Below the pieces are notes generated by a model. The model made no database searches. It saw only the letters and a list, made by a program, of their open reading frames with translations, and had not been told where the DNA came from. A stretch of DNA of 60,946 nt, counting the filler, from Nitrospinae bacterium RIFCSPLOWO2_12_FULL_45_22 (GTDB lineage Bacteria; 2-12-FULL-45-22), in the NCBI GenBank assembly GCA_001803565.1. It is 6 parts of 6 records of this genome, joined end to end, with 100 filler letters (N's around TTAATTAATTAA, not from the genome) between each part and the next. Parts side by side here need not be neighbours in the genome. Positions count along the whole stretch, not along the records: positions 54,409 to 60,946 come from MHDQ01000135.1; 5 more parts are not named here. One strand, given 5' to 3'. Each line of letters begins with the position of its first letter. The stretch's first letter is position 1. Shown piece by piece: positions 56,573 to 60,946 of the stretch. The translations under genes were made by a program, and so were the position numbers.

Positions 56573-58555
56573 ATGGCTGGGGAAAAGGAAGAAAAATTAC
56601 TTTTTGATACCTTAAAGCCTATGCATGAAGAAATGCCTCAGATACCTCCGGAAATGATGCAGATGGCGGATGTCACTGAATTAATGACCCAGGTAGTAAA
56701 AGAAGAGGAGATAAAATATTGTTTTGGTTTAGTAGGCAGCGGTGCGGTCAGGATTGATGTCTTGCTCCAAAAAAGTGGTATCCAACGAGTCCATGTCCGA
56801 CACGAGGCATCGGCTACATTTGCCGCTGATGCCGTAGGCCGATTAACCGGCCGGCCAGGGCTATCATTTACCGGTCCTGGTACTGGTATGACTAATGCAG
56901 CCAGTGGCCTCTTGCAAGCCAAGGCCGCACAATCACCCGGAGTAATCCTAATAGGCGGCACCGGTACACTATATGACGATCTGTTTACCCAGCAAGGGGG
57001 TGCTAGCGCTGAATCGGTATACTCTGCCGTAACCAAGCATACTCGCCGGGTATCCAATGCTATGTCTCTACTTTACCAAATAAAAAGGGCCTTCCGGTCG
57101 GCCGTTACTCCACCAATGGGCCCGGTAGGTGTAGAGATAGCCGAGGAGTTGACTTTTTTATCGGGGATATTCGGCCGATTGCCCCTGATGCTTTTATACA
57201 GCATGTATCGCCCTGGCTGGCCCCCTAAACCCCAGGAAAACGGTGCTAACCCCGCGGAGGTAGAAAGAGCTATAAGATGGCTCCTGGAGGCCGAAAGGCC
57301 GGCTATGATAGTAGGAGAATCTATCCATTATGATCATGCGCAGGAAGAGCTAAGAGAGTTTGTGGGCCTGCTGGGTGTCCCGTGCCATTGCCGCAGGGTA
57401 GCCAGAGGGGCTATTTCGGAGTACGATCCCTTGAACTACTATGGCCGAGCCCGGGGCCGGGTCTTAAAGACCACTGACCGATGCTTAGTGATGGGCCTTC
57501 GTATAGCTTATCTGGAGAACTGGGGACAGCCACCCTTCTGGGGCCTTATGACTAGATACATTCAAGCCCAGACCTGTCAAGAAAATGTTTGCTTCAACTT
57601 GCCTACAGAAGTTGAATTGCGGGGCAATATGAAGGCCATCTTGAAGCAGATGATAGAGTGTATAAAATCTATGGGTATAACCAAGCCACCAGAAAAATGG
57701 GCCAGGTGGCGTCAGCAGGTCGCGGAAGAGAAAGAAAAGATGGAGAAAATAACCTTAGAAAGGACCGAGAAGATGATGGGCAAGTTACCTGTGCATCCAG
57801 ACCTTGCCGGGAGGATCATCTCTGAAGTTTTGCGGGAAGAGCTTAATGATGAATATATAGCAGTTATTGATGGCTTTACTGCCTCAGCATATTTTACTGA
57901 CTGGAACAAGGCCATCCATTCTGGCCAGGTACTGGACGCGGCTGAGACTATTGGTATGGGCCATGCCCCAGGGATGGCTATTGGTGCCGGGATGGCTACA
58001 GATAGGAAGGTACCTATCTTTGCTATTATGGGTGATGGGGCCATTGGCGCTGGTGGGATGGATATTGAGACGGCCGCTAGATGGGGTATCCCGGTAGTCT
58101 TCTTACACGAGAACAACAATACTATGATCTCTGGTGTTTGGGACCGGTTTTTCAGTGAAGTTGCTAACCCTACCGGGAACCGTATGCGCGATTCGTGGGA
58201 AACCCTCCCCAATATCAGGTATGAGAAGATCTTCGCTGAATTAGGCTGTCACCCTGAGTTTGTCCAAAGAGGTGAAGAGCTTAAGCCCGCCCTCAAACGG
58301 GCCTTTGATTTTGTCAGGGAAAAATCTATGCCCGCTTTCGTAGAGGTCGTTGTTGACCCAACAGTTATGCATGATGTGATAGCGAAGTTCTTCCCGCTGC
58401 TAGTGGGGTTCTTGAAGTGGGAAGAGGTACCGCTAGAGACCAGGAAGATGGTCCTGGAGCAGGGCCTGATTACCGAAGAAGCCTTAATGTTTTCTGGAGA
58501 ACCTAGTTGGAAGCAGGCTTTAGCAAGGTACAAGAAGGGAGAAAAAGTCTTCTAA
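56573..58555 (+). CDS. Thiamine-pyrophosphate enzyme (acetolactate synthase / 2-hydroxyacyl-CoA lyase-like)
   Basis: VRHEASA, GPGTGMTN, GDGA..ENNN. Confidence 0.85.
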   Translation: MAGEKEEKLLFDTLKPMHEEMPQIPPEMMQMADVTELMTQVVKEEEIKYCFGLVGSGAVRIDVLLQKSGIQRVHVRHEASATFAADAVGRLTGRPGLSFTGPGTGMTNAASGLLQAKAAQSPGVILIGGTGTLYDDLFTQQGGASAESVYSAVTKHTRRVSNAMSLLYQIKRAFRSAVTPPMGPVGVEIAEELTFLSGIFGRLPLMLLYSMYRPGWPPKPQENGANPAEVERAIRWLLEAERPAMIVGESIHYDHAQEELREFVGLLGVPCHCRRVARGAISEYDPLNYYGRARGRVLKTTDRCLVMGLRIAYLENWGQPPFWGLMTRYIQAQTCQENVCFNLPTEVELRGNMKAILKQMIECIKSMGITKPPEKWARWRQQVAEEKEKMEKITLERTEKMMGKLPVHPDLAGRIISEVLREELNDEYIAVIDGFTASAYFTDWNKAIHSGQVLDAAETIGMGHAPGMAIGAGMATDRKVPIFAIMGDGAIGAGGMDIETAARWGIPVVFLHENNNTMISGVWDRFFSEVANPTGNRMRDSWETLPNIRYEKIFAELGCHPEFVQRGEELKPALKRAFDFVREKSMPAFVEVVVDPTVMHDVIAKFFPLLVGFLKWEEVPLETRKMVLEQGLITEEALMFSGEPSWKQALARYKKGEKVF

Positions 58556-58680
58556 AAGGCTATATCCTTGACATCGGCTATAAATTGTTATACTTATCAC
58601 CTGGCAACTAGTGACTGCAGAGAGCGCAATTTTCTGGCGCTCTGCGCGCTCCGCACTCTCTGCGATGAAATCGGATAAAA

Positions 58681-58813
58681 CTAAATAGTCGCCGCTGGGA
58701 AAAATCAGCAAAGCAAGTTTTGCCACTGGTTATTGATATAACAAGTCGGTCTTCATAACTTATGTAATGGTCAAGCTTGCTCGACATCCCATTTTTCAGT
58801 GGCAACTAAATAG
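58681..58813. repeat. Second copy of the REP-carrying MITE
   Basis: GCAAAGCAAGTTTTGCCACT, GTAATGGTCAAGCTTGCTCGAC, ATTTTTCAGTGGCAACTA. Confidence 0.7.
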
Positions 58814-58827
58814 ATCAAGTGGGTATT

Positions 58828-60147
58828 ATGGAACAGAAAAATTTAGCTATTATAACTTATGGCTGCCAGATGAACGAGTATGACTCTGAAATGGTAGCCG
58901 GGGTCTTACAGGCACAAGGCGGGTATCGCCTGATAGATGATCTGGAGCAGGCTCAGGTAATCTTGCTGAATACCTGCAGTATAAGAGAAAAGGCCGAACA
59001 GAAAGTCTTCAGTGAACTCGGAAGATTAAAACAGCTAAAGCATAAAAATCCAGATTTGATTATTGGTGTTGGGGGGTGCATTGCCCAGCGTGAAGGCTAC
59101 CGCATCATGGAACGATCTCCCCAGGTAGACCTGGTCTTTGGTACCCGCAATATCAAGCTCCTCCCCCAATTGCTCGCAGAAGTAATAAATAAAAAGGCCA
59201 AAATAGTTAATACAGAACCCTTGCTGGAAGACATTAATCCTACTTACATAGAGCGGAAGGGCAAGGTTAAAGCCTGGATCAGTATCATGCAAGGATGTAA
59301 CAATTTCTGTGCATATTGTGTAGTACCCTATACCCGGGGGCCTCAACAGAGTCGGCCCAGTTGGCAGATAGAGCAAGAAGTAAAAGATTTGGCCCAGCAA
59401 GGTTTCAAAGAAATAACCCTATTGGGACAGAATGTAAATTCCTATGGTCAGGACTTAAATGGAGAGATAGATTTCCCTGATCTTTTAGCCTTACTTAACC
59501 AGGTTGAGGGGATAGAAAGGATCCGTTTCGTAACCTCCCACCCAAAAGACTTCTCAGAGAGACTGATAAAAGCGATGGCAGAATTGCCTAAGGTTTGTGA
59601 ATCTATCCATCTACCTGTTCAATCGGGCTCCAATTATATTATGGAGCGGATGAACCGTAAATATCGGATAGAGGACTATGTAGATAAAGTCGAGCAATTG
59701 CGAACCCGGCTCCCGCAGGCAGGAATAACTTCTGACATTATCGTAGGCTTTCCTGGAGAGCGGGAGGAAGACTTTTGCCAGACCGAAGAGTTAATCCGTA
59801 CCATAGAATACGATAATATCTTCCTCTTCAAATATTCTGCCAGACCAGAAACCCCGGCTGCTTCTTTTCCTGGGCAAGTCAACGAAAATATTAAACAAGA
59901 GCGCTTCAACCGCATCCTGTCCCTGCAAAAATCCATAACCTTCGAGAAAAACCAGTCCTTAGAAGGCTCCGTACAAGAAATACTGGTGGAAGGAGGAAGT
60001 AAAAAGAATCCGGAAAGGTTGACAGGGAGGACTAGAAATAATAAGATAGTTAATGTAGACGGAAGTGATAGTTTAATCGGCAAGAAAGTGATGATAAAAA
60101 TTGTCAGGGCTAAACTTTATAGTTTAGAAGGGCAATTGTTGAATTAA
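58828..60147 (+). CDS. miaB: tRNA ms2i6A37 methylthiotransferase
   Basis: TYGCQMN, NTCSIREKAE, GCNNFCAYC, TRAM domain. Confidence 0.97.
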   Translation: MEQKNLAIITYGCQMNEYDSEMVAGVLQAQGGYRLIDDLEQAQVILLNTCSIREKAEQKVFSELGRLKQLKHKNPDLIIGVGGCIAQREGYRIMERSPQVDLVFGTRNIKLLPQLLAEVINKKAKIVNTEPLLEDINPTYIERKGKVKAWISIMQGCNNFCAYCVVPYTRGPQQSRPSWQIEQEVKDLAQQGFKEITLLGQNVNSYGQDLNGEIDFPDLLALLNQVEGIERIRFVTSHPKDFSERLIKAMAELPKVCESIHLPVQSGSNYIMERMNRKYRIEDYVDKVEQLRTRLPQAGITSDIIVGFPGEREEDFCQTEELIRTIEYDNIFLFKYSARPETPAASFPGQVNENIKQERFNRILSLQKSITFEKNQSLEGSVQEILVEGGSKKNPERLTGRTRNNKIVNVDGSDSLIGKKVMIKIVRAKLYSLEGQLLN

Positions 60148-60165
60148 GGAAAGGAGGGGGTAGTT

Positions 60166-60666
60166 TTGACAGAGGTAGAGATGAAAGTAAAGGGCCTGAC
60201 CCTGGATCCTCTAACGAACATGCCCATTGTTATTTTGAAAGATTTGGAAGGGCAGAGGGCTTTACCCATTTGGGTAGGCATATTTGAGGCCAATGCCATT
60301 GCCTTAGAGATGGAAAAAGTACCTACCCCCCGGCCTATGACTCATGACCTTATAAAGAATATTTTAGATGGACTAAAGGCCAAGGTTAACCGAATAATAG
60401 TGAATGACTTAAGGGATAATACCTTCTATGCTATAATCGCTCTGAGTTTGAATAACTCTGAAGTATATATTGATTCCCGTCCCAGCGATGCTATCGCCCT
60501 AGCCTTGAGGGTTAATGCCCCTATTTATGTAAGCAAAAAAGTATTAGAAGAGGCCAGAAGTATAGATCTCACAGCAGAAAAGGGCTCAGAGGAAGGCGAA
60601 TCAGAAAAGCTTAAAGATTGGCTCGAGAACCTCAAGCCGGAAGACTTTGGCAAGTACGAAATGTAA
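60166..60666 (+). CDS. Bifunctional nuclease family protein (DUF151)
   Basis: [30 protein letters not shown]. Confidence 0.95.
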   Translation: MTEVEMKVKGLTLDPLTNMPIVILKDLEGQRALPIWVGIFEANAIALEMEKVPTPRPMTHDLIKNILDGLKAKVNRIIVNDLRDNTFYAIIALSLNNSEVYIDSRPSDAIALALRVNAPIYVSKKVLEEARSIDLTAEKGSEEGESEKLKDWLENLKPEDFGKYEM

Positions 60667-60741
60667 TAAAAAGGCTATAGTAGCGGACTTAAGCGGAGCT
60701 ATCCTCGTGCAATAGGCTATTTTGAACGGACTTTAATTAGA

Positions 60742-60868
60742 TAAACTCTAAACTCGAAATCCTAAACAAATTCAAATGACCAAAATTCAAAACGATAAAA
60801 TGGTTTTGAGATTTGAATTTAGGATTTTGATATTGTTTAGGATTTAGTGTTTGGGATTTAGGATTTTT
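60742..60868. repeat. 7-nt-unit inverted repeat element
   Basis: AAACTCT AAACTCG AAATCCT AAAC ... GTTT AGGATTT AGTGTTT GGGATTT AGGATTT. Confidence 0.75.
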
Positions 60869-60946
60869 CGACTTAAAGGTCGGGCCGGATATAGACTTCC
60901 CGGGGTTTAGACCCATCTGCGGGACCAACAATACCCTCTTTCTCCA

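Noticed and set aside
60737-60931. 64-aa ORF with NPKSQ repeats
   Set aside because: Translation of the heptamer repeat element.

Overview
Bacterial sequence, probably from a MAG or draft genome. It is six unrelated contigs joined by artificial N-TTAATTAATTAA-N linkers (11216-11315, 18154-18253, 33585-33684, 45314-45413, 54309-54408), so adjacency across linkers means nothing. Contig 1 has an Fn3-repeat surface protein, two TA-like modules and an integrase-less P4/PICI-like satellite remnant (SF3 helicase, ori-like inverted repeats, PC4-like SSB, five small HTH genes) ending at a 5'-half tRNA-Gly. Contig 2 has a lone ethylbenzene/steroid-C25-dehydrogenase-like Mo enzyme alpha subunit, ligA, a repeat-flanked four-helix-bundle gene and an RNase Z-like gene. 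Contig 3 has an integron cassette array (three attC, attI-like site, no intI), mfd, coaE, NorD/CbbO, MNT-HEPN and a FecR-TPR-barrel protein. Contig 4 has comEC followed by a six-gene operon: ECF sigma, degenerate HTH, active STAND ATPase, inactive-STAND/GAF/PAS histidine kinase, response regulator and HExxH peptidase. This operon is the best candidate for an undescribed system. Contig 5 has two tRNA-Ser split by a second repeat-flanked four-helix-bundle gene, and a sigma54-driven triheme cytochrome/Ttr-like Mo enzyme operon. Contig 6 has APC/USP/TrkA genes, a TPP enzyme, miaB and DUF151. Intergenic DNA is full of nested miniature inverted-repeat elements. All calls come from reading motifs by eye; no searches were run.
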